Shown here piece by piece: positions 1 through 9,916 of a stretch of 64,000 nucleotides of DNA. Both the position numbers and the translations under genes were made by a program. Position 1 is the stretch's first letter; each line of letters opens with the position of its first letter. Source of the DNA: Candidatus Obscuribacteraceae bacterium (GTDB taxonomy: Bacteria; Cyanobacteriota; Vampirovibrionia; Obscuribacterales; Obscuribacteraceae); contig JBGAHS010000002.1 in NCBI GenBank assembly GCA_044226015.1, positions 288,001 to 352,000 on the forward strand. Reading direction: 5' to 3'. Under the pieces are notes generated by a model that did no database searches, was not told the origin of the DNA, and was given only the letters and a program-made list of their open reading frames with translations.

Positions 1-8
1 CGACCAAC

Positions 9-488
9 ATGGTCGTGGCAAAAGACGATACTGCAAAAGCGAGCAAAACAAGCACTGCTACAGCGAAAAGCAGCAAAGGAGCAAAAATGAGCGGACCAAA
101 GGTAGTTAAATCAGACGAAGATTGGAAAAAGCAGCTCACACCAATGCAATACCAGGTCACCCGGGAAAAGGGAACCGAAAGGGCGTTTACAGGTGAGTTC
201 TGGAACAACCATAAAAACGGTAAATACTACTGCATATGCTGTGGCGCCGAGCTATTCACATCGGACAACAAGTTCGATTCTGGTTGCGGCTGGCCAAGTT
301 TCTACAAAACAGCAGAAGGTGCGCCTGTTGCCGAGCATCACGACAGCACCCATGGAATGGAACGAACTGAAGTTGTTTGCGACCACTGCGGCGCGCATCT
401 TGGACACGTCTTCCCTGACGGACCTCATCCTACAGGCATGCGCTATTGCATCAACTCTGCTTCGTTGAAGTTCGAAGAGAAGAAATAG
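9..488 (+). CDS. msrB: Peptide-methionine (R)-S-oxide reductase
   Basis: [27 protein letters not shown] and RYCINS motifs plus two CxxC Zn sites. The frame is open to the window edge, so the true start may be upstream (or at ATG 87). Confidence 0.95.
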   Translation: MVVAKDDTAKASKTSTATAKSSKGAKMSGPKVVKSDEDWKKQLTPMQYQVTREKGTERAFTGEFWNNHKNGKYYCICCGAELFTSDNKFDSGCGWPSFYKTAEGAPVAEHHDSTHGMERTEVVCDHCGAHLGHVFPDGPHPTGMRYCINSASLKFEEKK

Positions 489-501
489 GCTCGGTGATGC
501 G

Positions 502-1431
502 ATGCCTGCGGAAAATAAGCAAACAGAGGCACCTCCAGATGTGCAAAACCAGAGCAAGGTCAAACAAACCGGAAGACCTTTAACGAAAGCTACTGCTTTG
601 CTGTGCTTGCTTGTGATTGGCTCTTATCTAGTGATATCGCCAATGGTATCACACGACTTCTACTACATGCTTCTTTTCCCGCGCGCCCTTTATCCAAAAG
701 GCGATTACAAAAACGACTCCGTCGATAACATAAAAGCTCAAGACCTCTACTTTGCCGCCGGCGAACAAAAACTACACGCCTGGTACTTTCACAAACCAGC
801 GTCAAAAAAACTGTTTTTGTTCCACCATGGGAATGGGTTCAATCTGACCATTCTCAAATGGTACGCCCGAGTGGCTATGAAGTGCGGCGCTTCCGTCTTG
901 CTCTATGATTATGAAGGCTACGGCAAGAGCACTGGAAGCCCCACTATACAAGGTGTCTGCCGCGATTCAGATGCTGCATATGAATTTGCAAAACACAAAC
1001 TAGGGTGGAAAGAAAATGACATCGTTCAGATGGGACTCTCGTTAGGGTCTGGTCTTGCGACGAGACTCGCGGCAAAGCATCAAAATGCAGCTCTCATATT
1101 GTTTGCGCCATACACTAGCTTGCACAAAACCTGCCGAGGCATTTTGCCCTGGCTAAGCGCCTATCCAGAGGAATTGATGCACGAGCCGGACATCAACTCG
1201 CTCGAGAATATGACTAACGTAAAATGCCCAGTGCTTATTTTTCATGGCAAATACGATCAAATGATGCCTGTCGCAAATGCAGAAGAATTGAAAGTGAAGT
1301 CAAAATTTTTAACGCAAGTCGTAGAACTGAACTGTGGTCATGGCGATTTATACCTTGAAGAAAAGACTATTCAAAACGCAATGAAGAATTTTGTGGAAGA
1401 GAATTTGAGCGAGCACATTCCAACTCAATAG
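502..1431 (+). CDS. Alpha/beta hydrolase with N-terminal membrane anchor (COG1073/ABHD-like)
   Basis: FHHGNG, DYEGYGKS, G-L-S-L-G nucleophile elbow, HGKYD and GH motifs. Confidence 0.85.
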   Translation: MPAENKQTEAPPDVQNQSKVKQTGRPLTKATALLCLLVIGSYLVISPMVSHDFYYMLLFPRALYPKGDYKNDSVDNIKAQDLYFAAGEQKLHAWYFHKPASKKLFLFHHGNGFNLTILKWYARVAMKCGASVLLYDYEGYGKSTGSPTIQGVCRDSDAAYEFAKHKLGWKENDIVQMGLSLGSGLATRLAAKHQNAALILFAPYTSLHKTCRGILPWLSAYPEELMHEPDINSLENMTNVKCPVLIFHGKYDQMMPVANAEELKVKSKFLTQVVELNCGHGDLYLEEKTIQNAMKNFVEENLSEHIPTQ

Positions 1432-1522
1432 AGTTTCAAGAATGGCCAGTTCCAGGGTCCTCTAATGGGTTTCAAGCTGCTCGCTTAAGACTTGCCCCCA
1501 AGATTCCTAGCGGGCAACAAAG

Positions 1523-2923
1523 CTATGCCGCTGCGTTTGGCTCTTCGCTAAGTTCCTCTTTTGGCGTGGAGTTCTCAGCTCCATGCATCCAGTAAACCAA
1601 TTTGCCCGCGAGAAACCACAACACCAGGGCAAACAAGCTCAGCACAATCGCCAGCCCAGCAAAGACTGTTAGCTCTCCTGCTTTTTCCGCATACACGCCA
1701 ATGTAGCCTGCCAGCAAATTAGCAAAGAAGTTAATTAAGAACCATACGCCCATCATCACACTGGCAAGGCGCATCGGAGCTAGCTTCGTAACCATTGAAA
1801 GTCCAACAGGCGAAATGCAAAGCTCACCCATCGTGTGAAGCAAGTAGGCAAGAACCAGCCAGAGCATACTAGCCTTCCCGTGCGCTTGCTGATCGAATAC
1901 AGCGGCGACCATGAATACAAAACCGGCTCCGGTTAGCAACAATCCAAGCATCATCTTATATGGCGTTGGCATTCCACCCTTGCCATTCTGAGACAAGCGC
2001 ACCCAGAGTGAACCAAACATAGGCGCTAACAACACGATGAATAGCGGATTCATCGATTGGAACCATCCTGCTGGAACTTCGAATGAGCCGAGCATACGAT
2101 TAGTCTTCTCCGATGCATACAGGTTCATCAAACCGCCTGCCTGCTCAAACGATGCCCAGAACAGCATCACAAACACAAAGAGCATGAATATAACTTTGAG
2201 GCGGTCGCGCTCTTCACTCGTCAGAGGTGCATGCACACCGCCCGACTGAGCCTTGGAGCGCTGGGCGGAAGGCTGTGTACCGACCTCACCCAGGAAACGT
2301 CCAGCAAAGAGAATCTGAATTAGAGCTGACAGAGTCATACCGCAACCGGCTGCCATATAGCCGAAACGCCAGCCATAATTTGCACTTTCGCCGAGAGTTG
2401 AACAGACCAGCGGAGCCAAAAAGGCACCAATATTGATGCCCATATAGAAAATAGAAAAGGCGCTATCTCGTCGGGCATCGCCCTTGGGGTAGAGGTCGCC
2501 GACCATGGTAGAGATATTTGCTTTGAATAGACCATTACCGAGAATGAGTACAACCAGACCTACATAAAACATCGTGAGATCTTTTGCAACACTCATTGAG
2601 AGCATGAACTGTCCGATGGCCATAACGACAGCGCCCATTACCACGGACTTGCGCTGCCCCAGGAAATTGTCTGCCAGCCATCCACCAACCAGGGGAGTGA
2701 AATAACTGAAGCCCGTATACCAGGCATACAAGGTCAGGGCGCCAGCGCGGTCCCACCCGAAGCCAGGATTGTCGGAATTGGTCGCAGCAACCATGGACAG
2801 AACCAGCAAAGCGCGCATGCCGTAATAACTGAAGCGTTCCCACATTTCAGTAGCAAACAGCAGGAATAGTCCTTTCGGGTGTCCAAGGAATTCGCCCTTT
2901 TGAATGTTCGATGCGTCGCTCAA
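1523..2923 (-). CDS. POT/PTR family proton-dependent oligopeptide transporter
   Basis: GHPKGL, EMWERFSYYGM, GLFKANIST, FYMGINIG and GELCISPVG motifs; multiple TM helices. Confidence 0.95.
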   Translation of the reverse strand: MSDASNIQKGEFLGHPKGLFLLFATEMWERFSYYGMRALLVLSMVAATNSDNPGFGWDRAGALTLYAWYTGFSYFTPLVGGWLADNFLGQRKSVVMGAVVMAIGQFMLSMSVAKDLTMFYVGLVVLILGNGLFKANISTMVGDLYPKGDARRDSAFSIFYMGINIGAFLAPLVCSTLGESANYGWRFGYMAAGCGMTLSALIQILFAGRFLGEVGTQPSAQRSKAQSGGVHAPLTSEERDRLKVIFMLFVFVMLFWASFEQAGGLMNLYASEKTNRMLGSFEVPAGWFQSMNPLFIVLLAPMFGSLWVRLSQNGKGGMPTPYKMMLGLLLTGAGFVFMVAAVFDQQAHGKASMLWLVLAYLLHTMGELCISPVGLSMVTKLAPMRLASVMMGVWFLINFFANLLAGYIGVYAEKAGELTVFAGLAIVLSLFALVLWFLAGKLVYWMHGAENSTPKEELSEEPNAAA

Positions 2924-3211
2924 AGAAACCGTCCTAGTTGAGTGTGTTAACGCGCGAAAAGTCCAGTGCTGCTTCTTTCAGAATAAGCAGCGGCAACTTT
3001 CCGCCGGTGAGTGATTTTACGCCCTTGCGGGTTTGTGCGAAAGTCGAAAGGGTTCAGGTGTACCGAAATTTATTAGAGCAAAAACCTATTTTCACTGCAC
3101 CCGTATGCGTTTACGCCATTTTTGCCTGTTTGCCTTGCCAGGTTAATCCTGAAGCCGCCGCTGCCAAGCGCAAGCCTTCCACGGAAGGAAAAGTACTGGC
3201 GTCATAGAATC

Positions 3212-3284
3212 TTCGAAGCCGCCAGGATGGTATCCCAGATTCGATGCTAGCAGGATGGTATCCCAGATTCGAAGCCAGCAGGAT
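3212..3284. repeat. 28-bp tandem repeat, about 2.6 copies
   Basis: TTCGAAGCCGCCAGGATGGTATCCCAGA / TTCGATGCTAGCAGGATGGTATCCCAGA / TTCGAAGCCAGCAGGAT, directly after the macrodomain gene stop. Confidence 0.85.
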
Positions 3285-3290
3285 TGCTTG

Positions 3291-4337
3291 CTACTTTGCG
3301 AGAGCGGCAGTAAGTTTCGAAAGAATCTCATCGTTGTTGTAAACCACAAACTTGATGTCCTTCAAAGACTTGGGACCAGTCGCCATGAATGATTTAACCC
3401 CAGCCGCCATCTCATCAACGGTTTGCTGAACGGTTTTCTCGACCTTGCCTGCCATTACGCCAGTTCTCAAAGCCGGCAGCGACACCGATTGATACCCGGC
3501 TTTCTCGGCCGCCTGAAGACCGTTGAAAACAACATCTCGCAGGGGTTTTCGGAGATCATCAACAACGAATACTACATTATCAAAAGCACCACGATGCGCC
3601 GCTGTTTTCGCAGCCAGCACAACCTGTCCGTCAGCTAGAGGCATAGCTGCTGCCGCCTGCGCATGAAACTGCATACCGGCATTGCGCTGAATAACACCAT
3701 CCAGCGCGCCCCACCACATTCCTTCAGAATTAATAGGAGTAATAAGGGCATCTGCCTGAACTTTGCCGATGTCTCCCGGAACAGCCCCAGTAGACATGCC
3801 GAGCCGCTTCATCGTAGTGTCAGCGAGACCAGTCATAGCTTTCTCTGCAGCACCCTCTCCTCCGGAAGCCAGTTTCAGTTCTGTAGCCAAGCCAGCTTCG
3901 CCACTAAACTTTGACGCCAAACCAGCTTCGCCGCTGCCACTAAACTTTGACGCCAAACCTCTTGCAGCCAAAGTTTCCATAGACTCAGAACCGGTGAGCG
4001 CCAACCTACCTGAGGCCAGCTCAGCAGCATCAGCTGCAAATCGCGTTGCAAGCTTGGAAGCAGTCGGAGAACTCTGAGCTAACGCCCTTTCAAAGGCAGA
4101 GCTTGTTAGACCACTTCCCAACTGGCTGCCGACATCTTCCGAGCCGCCCTTGAGAAAGTTCCCCAAAAACTTGCTAGCACCAAAAGCCAGGGCTGCAGTT
4201 CCAACAACCACTGCAGCAGTCTCAACCTTGTGATTGTCCACCCAATTCCATGCGTCACTTACTAAATTCGAATTTGCAGCCTCGACCTTATTGCCGACCA
4301 GCTCACTCTGGCTCAATCTATCAAAATTCTCTGGCAT
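3291..4337 (-). CDS. Macrodomain (ADP-ribose binding/hydrolase) protein with long N-terminal extension
   Basis: C-terminal GDIGKVQADALITPIN...GALDGVIQRNAG...SVSLPALRTG...IKFVVY matches the Macro fold order of motifs. The N-terminus has a hydrophobic segment and GLASKFSG repeats. Confidence 0.75.
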   Translation of the reverse strand: MPENFDRLSQSELVGNKVEAANSNLVSDAWNWVDNHKVETAAVVVGTAALAFGASKFLGNFLKGGSEDVGSQLGSGLTSSAFERALAQSSPTASKLATRFAADAAELASGRLALTGSESMETLAARGLASKFSGSGEAGLASKFSGEAGLATELKLASGGEGAAEKAMTGLADTTMKRLGMSTGAVPGDIGKVQADALITPINSEGMWWGALDGVIQRNAGMQFHAQAAAAMPLADGQVVLAAKTAAHRGAFDNVVFVVDDLRKPLRDVVFNGLQAAEKAGYQSVSLPALRTGVMAGKVEKTVQQTVDEMAAGVKSFMATGPKSLKDIKFVVYNNDEILSKLTAALAK

Positions 4338-4468
4338 AAAACGCCCTCAAACAACCTTATGGTCAGGATAGAATGCTGTAGGGGCTAATTCCACGCACAA
4401 ACGGCCCAATCAGAGCTGAAGGTATAGGCAGTCTTTTTGCGCTCTTACGCAAAGATTAAATGAGCACG

Positions 4469-4499
4469 AAAAAAAAGAGACCGCACGAAGGCGGTCTCT
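4469..4499 (-). terminator. Rho-independent terminator of sod
   Basis: Minus strand AGAGACCGC-CTTCGT-GCGGTCTCT followed by a T run. Confidence 0.9.
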
Positions 4500-4521
4500 G
4501 ATTCATTTTGCTTCAGCGCAA

Positions 4522-5133
4522 TTATTTGACGAGGCGCTTTTCTACAGCATCCCAATCAACATTCGCGAAGAACGCTTCAATGTACTTCGGACGATCTACC
4601 GGTTTGTAGTCGAGAAGGAAAGCATGTTCCCAAACGTCCATAACCAGAATTGGAACGAAGCCAGCGACATTGCCTTCTTCATGCAATGTGATCCAGTGAT
4701 TAGACAATGTCTTTGTCATTGGATCTTGGAACAGGACTGCCCAACCCACTCCGCGCATAGCGCCGACTTTGGAGAAATCGTTCTTCCAAACATCAAGTGA
4801 GCTGTAAACTTCGCCCAACTTTTTGCCGATTTCGCTGCTTTCTTTGAGTTCGCTACCACCGGACTTGAGGTTGCCGAAATAGTATTCGTGCAGTCTCATG
4901 CCGTTGTATTCGAAACCATAACGGCGCTTCAATTCAGCGTATTCTGGTTGTCCAGCTTTTCCTTCTTCAGTGAGTTGAATGATCTTCTCATTGAGGATAT
5001 TTGTGTTTTTGACATAACCAGCATAAAGTCCAAGGTGAACTTCAAGTGTTTTGTCGGAGATTCCGGTGAGATTCTTCAGATGGCTGAAGTCATGCTCTTT
5101 ATAAGGGGTGTAAGAAATTTTGGTCTGCAACAT
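4522..5133 (-). CDS. sod: Fe/Mn superoxide dismutase family protein (divergent subtype)
   Basis: Metal ligands in EVHLGLY, LHEYYF and DVWEHAF; GVGWAVL; C-terminal NVDWDAVEKR. Confidence 0.9.
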   Translation of the reverse strand: MLQTKISYTPYKEHDFSHLKNLTGISDKTLEVHLGLYAGYVKNTNILNEKIIQLTEEGKAGQPEYAELKRRYGFEYNGMRLHEYYFGNLKSGGSELKESSEIGKKLGEVYSSLDVWKNDFSKVGAMRGVGWAVLFQDPMTKTLSNHWITLHEEGNVAGFVPILVMDVWEHAFLLDYKPVDRPKYIEAFFANVDWDAVEKRLVK

Positions 5134-5468
5134 ATCTATCTCCTAAAAGGATGCAGTGCAGGGCTATTCGTAAGTGGATCAAAGTACCATAAATTGCGTC
5201 AAACAAGAGAGAATTCTCATGTTTTCTCAACCTAACTACGCCGAAAAGCCTCTGAGAGGCTCGTGACATCACCAAAAGACAGCATTTAATGAGGGTAGTG
5301 CCCCAAGCGAAATTGCATTGTGAACGCTGAGCGCCGGGATGGAATGCTGCCGTAACGCGAGCCGAAGTTAAACAGCCGCGAACGCCCTATCTTGTCAAAA
5401 GGAAAAAGATTCCGCCTAAAAACATCGCATTCCCTGTAGAAGTTCTCACCACCGAGGGAGAGGGAAAA

Positions 5469-5903
5469 ATGAACAATTCGCACACAGCTAGCATGCAACA
5501 AGATGAATTCCAACAAGCGGTTCGCAAACCAAAAACGAAAGTAATGGCGCTTGATTACAAACTAGCTGCGATTCTTTGCTACACACCAGTACTTTTAATC
5601 AGCGTTGTAGCACCGATCATCTGGCTCAAAACGGAGCCTCGCGAAAACAGAGAACTGAGATTCCACGCAATTCAGGGACTGTCAATTTCACTCATCGCAA
5701 TAGCATTCGGAATATTGAACTCGATTGTCACCGGTATTGTTTTTTCAGTAGCTGGCTGGGGAATCGGAAGCCTCGTTAGCCTTGCCACATCGGTGATTTC
5801 ATTAGGCATTTTCGGAGTAATGATTTACGCAATCTTCTGTGTAGTCAAAGAGAAACCTTGCAAATTGCCGTTCGTCGGTGAAATAGCTGAACAAAACGCA
5901 TAA
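5469..5903 (+). CDS. DUF4870-like small membrane protein
   Basis: LAAILCY...RFHAIQG...KLPFVGEIAE pattern with three hydrophobic segments. Confidence 0.75.
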   Translation: MNNSHTASMQQDEFQQAVRKPKTKVMALDYKLAAILCYTPVLLISVVAPIIWLKTEPRENRELRFHAIQGLSISLIAIAFGILNSIVTGIVFSVAGWGIGSLVSLATSVISLGIFGVMIYAIFCVVKEKPCKLPFVGEIAEQNA

Positions 5904-5927
5904 TCACAATTTTCTGCAAACCAAACG

Positions 5928-5961
5928 AAAGAGCCCATCCCAAAAGATGGGCTCTTTTGTT
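5928..5961 (+). terminator. Rho-independent terminator
   Basis: AAAGAGCCCATC-CCAAAA-GATGGGCTCTTT then TGTT. Confidence 0.8.
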
Positions 5962-6111
5962 CGGTTCTTCGGTTCTACAGTTGAAGAGTTGCCGGACTCA
6001 TCGCTGCACATCCATTTTATAGCTCGCAACTGATTTACCAAACAGTGCACGTGAAACAATTTATGAACTGTCCACAAGCAGTCACAAAAGCACAGCAAAG
6101 AAGCCATCATT

Positions 6112-8997
6112 GTGCTATATGCCGCAAAACAGGTGCTGATTATGAATACTCGTGCGCTAAATCCGATAGATCAATTGTGGAATGCAATTTCGAAAATACA
6201 TAACAGACTAGATGATCTCGAAGTGCGAAACAACATCGCAGATTTAGCCGCGTCAAGAATGCTCGGCATAAATTTGAGCAGACGAGTATGCAGCACTTCG
6301 GCTCAGAGTGTTTCACTGGCAATTTCTCATGGCGTCATATTCAATCCTGATGTCCATAAAAAAAGCAGAGGAGAAAGTGTTCATTTCGAGCAGACTGACT
6401 TCAAACTTGAAGTGGACACAGAGCCAGTAGCAGCGCCAGGACAAGACGAAATGCCGGCAATTAGCCAGAGCAAGATAAATGAGCAAGAACAGAAAAGCTC
6501 GGACGACGAATCGCATCAGCTCAGCAACAAAAAAATCCGCGACGAAGAATCAGCTCACGGCACAAAAGAAGACCGCGACTTAGAGATGGACAAAGACGCG
6601 CTCAAGAACGAGCTAACGAATCAGCCCCTTAAATCAAATAAGAGCCCCTTTGACCCAAGCGCAGAGCCAACTCTTCTCACTCTGCAACAAGCTGCAATAG
6701 CCGAAGCGAACAACGCACTTTCCAATCAGCACAAACAGAATAATTTCCTCCTGGCTCCTTCCGAAAGAATTGCAACAGGCGAGGAGGAAATGCCTGAAGA
6801 AACTGAGCACGAATCGATAGAGAATAGAATTGGTTTGTACTGGCTCAGTCGGCTCGGCATCGGCTTCCTCGTAGTAGGTGCAGCTTTACTTGTCGTTTAC
6901 TCCTTTCCCTATTTTGGTGCCTGGGCAAAACTTCTTACCGGGTTCTTGATTGCAGGCAGCTTGCTACTCGCTGGCGAAAAAATTGACACCAAACAAAAGA
7001 TGACTTGGCTGGGCAACGCCTGTGCCGGCGGGGGCTGGTCGCTAGCATTTTTCTGCAGTTATGCAATGCATAATGTCGAATCAGTACGCGTCATAGACGA
7101 CCCAATCATTGGCACCCTGGCAATGCTCGCCGTCGCAGGAGGAAGTACTTTTCACTCGATACGAAAGAACTCAGAGTTGATTGGGTCATTCTCAACAATT
7201 TTGGGATTCATCGCACTATCGTTGAACGGTATTAGTTCAATTACTGCACCTGCATTCTCAATCTTGTGCCTCAACTTTACAGTACTAGCTCAACAAAAGA
7301 AGTGGCTTGGGCTATACAGTTCTGGCCTAGTAAGCGCGGGAATTTTCATGCTCATACTTGTTAATGTTGGCATGCCAGGTCTATTTGGCGCCCTTCAATT
7401 CCTGGCTCCGTTTTTGTTAGCATCCACAGCGATGCCCTTTGCATTCAGAAACGATGAAGGCGCCTCTAGAGGTCCTACTGTTGCCGCCAACATCGCCACG
7501 GCTCTTGTATCATTCATCACAGTAACGAGCGCAGTCTCAGTTGACCAGATTCCCAATCCGGAAATACTCTATTTATTCGCAGCTGCTATTTATGGTGGCA
7601 TTTCCCTACTCTACAAAAAGTTCAAACTTGAAGAGGAATCGCTGTGCAGCGCTCTGATAGCCCTGAGTTCCGCCACCATCTATCTGCCTGCTGCCAAGCT
7701 CGGACCTCACAATGTACTGACCTGGGCAATTCAACTTGCTCTTCTACTTTGGGCAGGGTTTAGATACAACATTCGCAGCTTCCGCTGGTTTGCTTACCCG
7801 CTCTCTGCAGTCACATTCATTGCCTGCCTTGTCGAGTTTTTCGATTCCTCAACTTTCGTTTTCAATGGCGCAAACATTCACTGGAGTACGTTGAACATAG
7901 TTCCAGCCCTCCTTGTATTCGCCAGCGTCACATCATTTTCCAACAAGGCAAATTACAAATTCATCTCCAGCGGGGCTCACGAATTCAACTTTTATTGGTA
8001 CTTGCACATGTTCGGCGTGGTCGCATTCCTATGGGCACCATTCATGAATATGTCCATCAACGATGCGGCGCAGGGCGCAACCATAGCTGGCTGGACAGCA
8101 CTTGCAAGCATGGGTGCCTACCTCGGCTTCAACTGGAAACGAAACTATGTTCTAGTCTTTTCCATACTAACCTACGTGTGCGCGATGCTATTGTCCTTCG
8201 GTGGACAAACAGTACCTGTGATAGTTTTCCCGAGCATAGCGCTGCTTACGTCGCTATTTTCCATGGCAGAACACATCAGAGTGAATAACTACGGTCAGTC
8301 CATTTCGAAGAACTATAAGAATGTATTTTTCATTCTCGGTACCATAGCCCTATTCCAAATACAGTCTATTCACTTGCCCTCATTGAGCCAGGTCTGCTTG
8401 GCGCTTGCAATAGAGATGTTTGCATTCATTGCAATCGGTGTGAGAATCAAAGACAAATGCATACGTGGCTGCGGCATTCTCGCAGCAACTGTTCTGAACC
8501 TCGTTCTACTCACAAACGAGCCAAGCGTCGGACTTCCAATGATATGCATCTCTGTGATGAGCCTATACGCGGCTGCACAAATTTACATGAGAGTAACAGC
8601 GGCTGACATAAGCCTTTCTGCTCGCAACTTCATCAGACACGCACTCACCTGTGGCGCCACCTTCACCATGGTTCACTACAGCGGAACGCAGCTCGACACG
8701 CACTTTGTTTCACTGGCATGGGCAGCAGAAGGCATCTCCCTGATTGCTGCAGGATTCATGCTAAACGATAAACTGCTGCGAATCTCGGGCTTACTTGTGT
8801 TCGGATTACTTGCAACGCATCTCGTTTTTGTAGACCTTGCAAGCGCAGCGACAGTTTACCGAATAATTGCCTTCATGGTGGCAGGTCTCTTTCTGATGGC
8901 TGCAGCTTACACATACAACTTCTTCAACAAGAAGCTTGCCGCTGAAGCAAAGAATGAACTACTATCAGCCGAGCATCTTAAGCTCCAACAAAGCTAG
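6112..8997 (+). CDS. DUF2339-like large integral membrane protein
   Basis: ENRIGLYWLSRLG motif after an acidic disordered linker, many TM helices, C-terminal LVFVDL...YRIIAF. Start could be ATG 6142. Confidence 0.8.
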   Translation: MLYAAKQVLIMNTRALNPIDQLWNAISKIHNRLDDLEVRNNIADLAASRMLGINLSRRVCSTSAQSVSLAISHGVIFNPDVHKKSRGESVHFEQTDFKLEVDTEPVAAPGQDEMPAISQSKINEQEQKSSDDESHQLSNKKIRDEESAHGTKEDRDLEMDKDALKNELTNQPLKSNKSPFDPSAEPTLLTLQQAAIAEANNALSNQHKQNNFLLAPSERIATGEEEMPEETEHESIENRIGLYWLSRLGIGFLVVGAALLVVYSFPYFGAWAKLLTGFLIAGSLLLAGEKIDTKQKMTWLGNACAGGGWSLAFFCSYAMHNVESVRVIDDPIIGTLAMLAVAGGSTFHSIRKNSELIGSFSTILGFIALSLNGISSITAPAFSILCLNFTVLAQQKKWLGLYSSGLVSAGIFMLILVNVGMPGLFGALQFLAPFLLASTAMPFAFRNDEGASRGPTVAANIATALVSFITVTSAVSVDQIPNPEILYLFAAAIYGGISLLYKKFKLEEESLCSALIALSSATIYLPAAKLGPHNVLTWAIQLALLLWAGFRYNIRSFRWFAYPLSAVTFIACLVEFFDSSTFVFNGANIHWSTLNIVPALLVFASVTSFSNKANYKFISSGAHEFNFYWYLHMFGVVAFLWAPFMNMSINDAAQGATIAGWTALASMGAYLGFNWKRNYVLVFSILTYVCAMLLSFGGQTVPVIVFPSIALLTSLFSMAEHIRVNNYGQSISKNYKNVFFILGTIALFQIQSIHLPSLSQVCLALAIEMFAFIAIGVRIKDKCIRGCGILAATVLNLVLLTNEPSVGLPMICISVMSLYAAAQIYMRVTAADISLSARNFIRHALTCGATFTMVHYSGTQLDTHFVSLAWAAEGISLIAAGFMLNDKLLRISGLLVFGLLATHLVFVDLASAATVYRIIAFMVAGLFLMAAAYTYNFFNKKLAAEAKNELLSAEHLKLQQS

Positions 8998-9097
8998 TGC
9001 AGTAACTGAGCACAGCTAAGCTGAGCGATTGGCACGATCAATAATGCAAAATAATCGGGAACAGCAAGTCTTGGAGGCATTCAAGACTTGCGTTTTC

Positions 9098-9895
9098 CTA
9101 AGATGGTAGCAAACGATCTCGTTCTTGCAAAAGTTGTGCCACCATACTAATCGCGATTTCATTGGGGTGATTGCTGCCAATCGGAAGTCCCATGGGGCAG
9201 AAGAAAGACTTGCTTTGCTCTGCGCTGAGACCAGCGTCGATAATGTCCTTACGCAAGCGCACCGCTTTAGCTTCACTACCAATTACACCGAGGTAGGGAA
9301 ACTTTCGAGATTGGAGAATCTTGATTAGAATTGGGCTATCGGTGCTGTGACCCATAGTCATGAGCGCCACAAAAGCACCATCGGGAATTTTCTGAACATA
9401 ATCAACCATATCTGGAACACAGATTGCATTGATAGAGGGACTTTGCGGAAGCTTGTTTAGCCATTCCTCGCGAGAATCAACACAGGTGACTTTGCAATCC
9501 AACTTTAGCAGCAAGTTCAATAGAGCATTAGCAACATGACCAGCTCCAAAAACCATAATATTCCACGAGCTACAATTATGTTTTTCGAAAAAGAGCTTGA
9601 CCATGCCGCCGCAGGTCATACCAACGTCACGTTCAAGGCTCCAATTTACGAAATGCGTCTTGCGTGAAGAGTCATCAGTTTGCAGCAGCTCAACAGCTTC
9701 GTCAATTGCTTTCTTCTCGACCTTGCCACCACCAACGGTTCCGTAAAACAAGCCAGAAGCAGTCACGAGCATTTTAGTACCGACATCATTCGGCACACTA
9801 CCTGTAGTATCAACAACCGTCACCGCAACAAAAGGAGTTTTACGAGACAAGAGCTCGTTCACCTTTTCGTAATAGGCTTGAGTGTCAATGCCCAT
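9098..9895 (-). CDS. xdhC: Xanthine dehydrogenase accessory protein
   Basis: GSVP, GTVGGG, GMTCGG, FGAGHV, YLGVIGS, PMGLPIG and EIAIS motifs; downstream of xdhAB. Confidence 0.92.
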   Translation of the reverse strand: MGIDTQAYYEKVNELLSRKTPFVAVTVVDTTGSVPNDVGTKMLVTASGLFYGTVGGGKVEKKAIDEAVELLQTDDSSRKTHFVNWSLERDVGMTCGGMVKLFFEKHNCSSWNIMVFGAGHVANALLNLLLKLDCKVTCVDSREEWLNKLPQSPSINAICVPDMVDYVQKIPDGAFVALMTMGHSTDSPILIKILQSRKFPYLGVIGSEAKAVRLRKDIIDAGLSAEQSKSFFCPMGLPIGSNHPNEIAISMVAQLLQERDRLLPS

Positions 9896-9916
9896 GGCGA
9901 GCTATCCTCTAACTGC

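Noticed and set aside
3138..3200. SRP RNA (CAGG...GGAAGGAA-like words)
   Set aside because: The conserved CAGGTCCGGAAGGAAGCAG helix arrangement and long flanking stem are absent.
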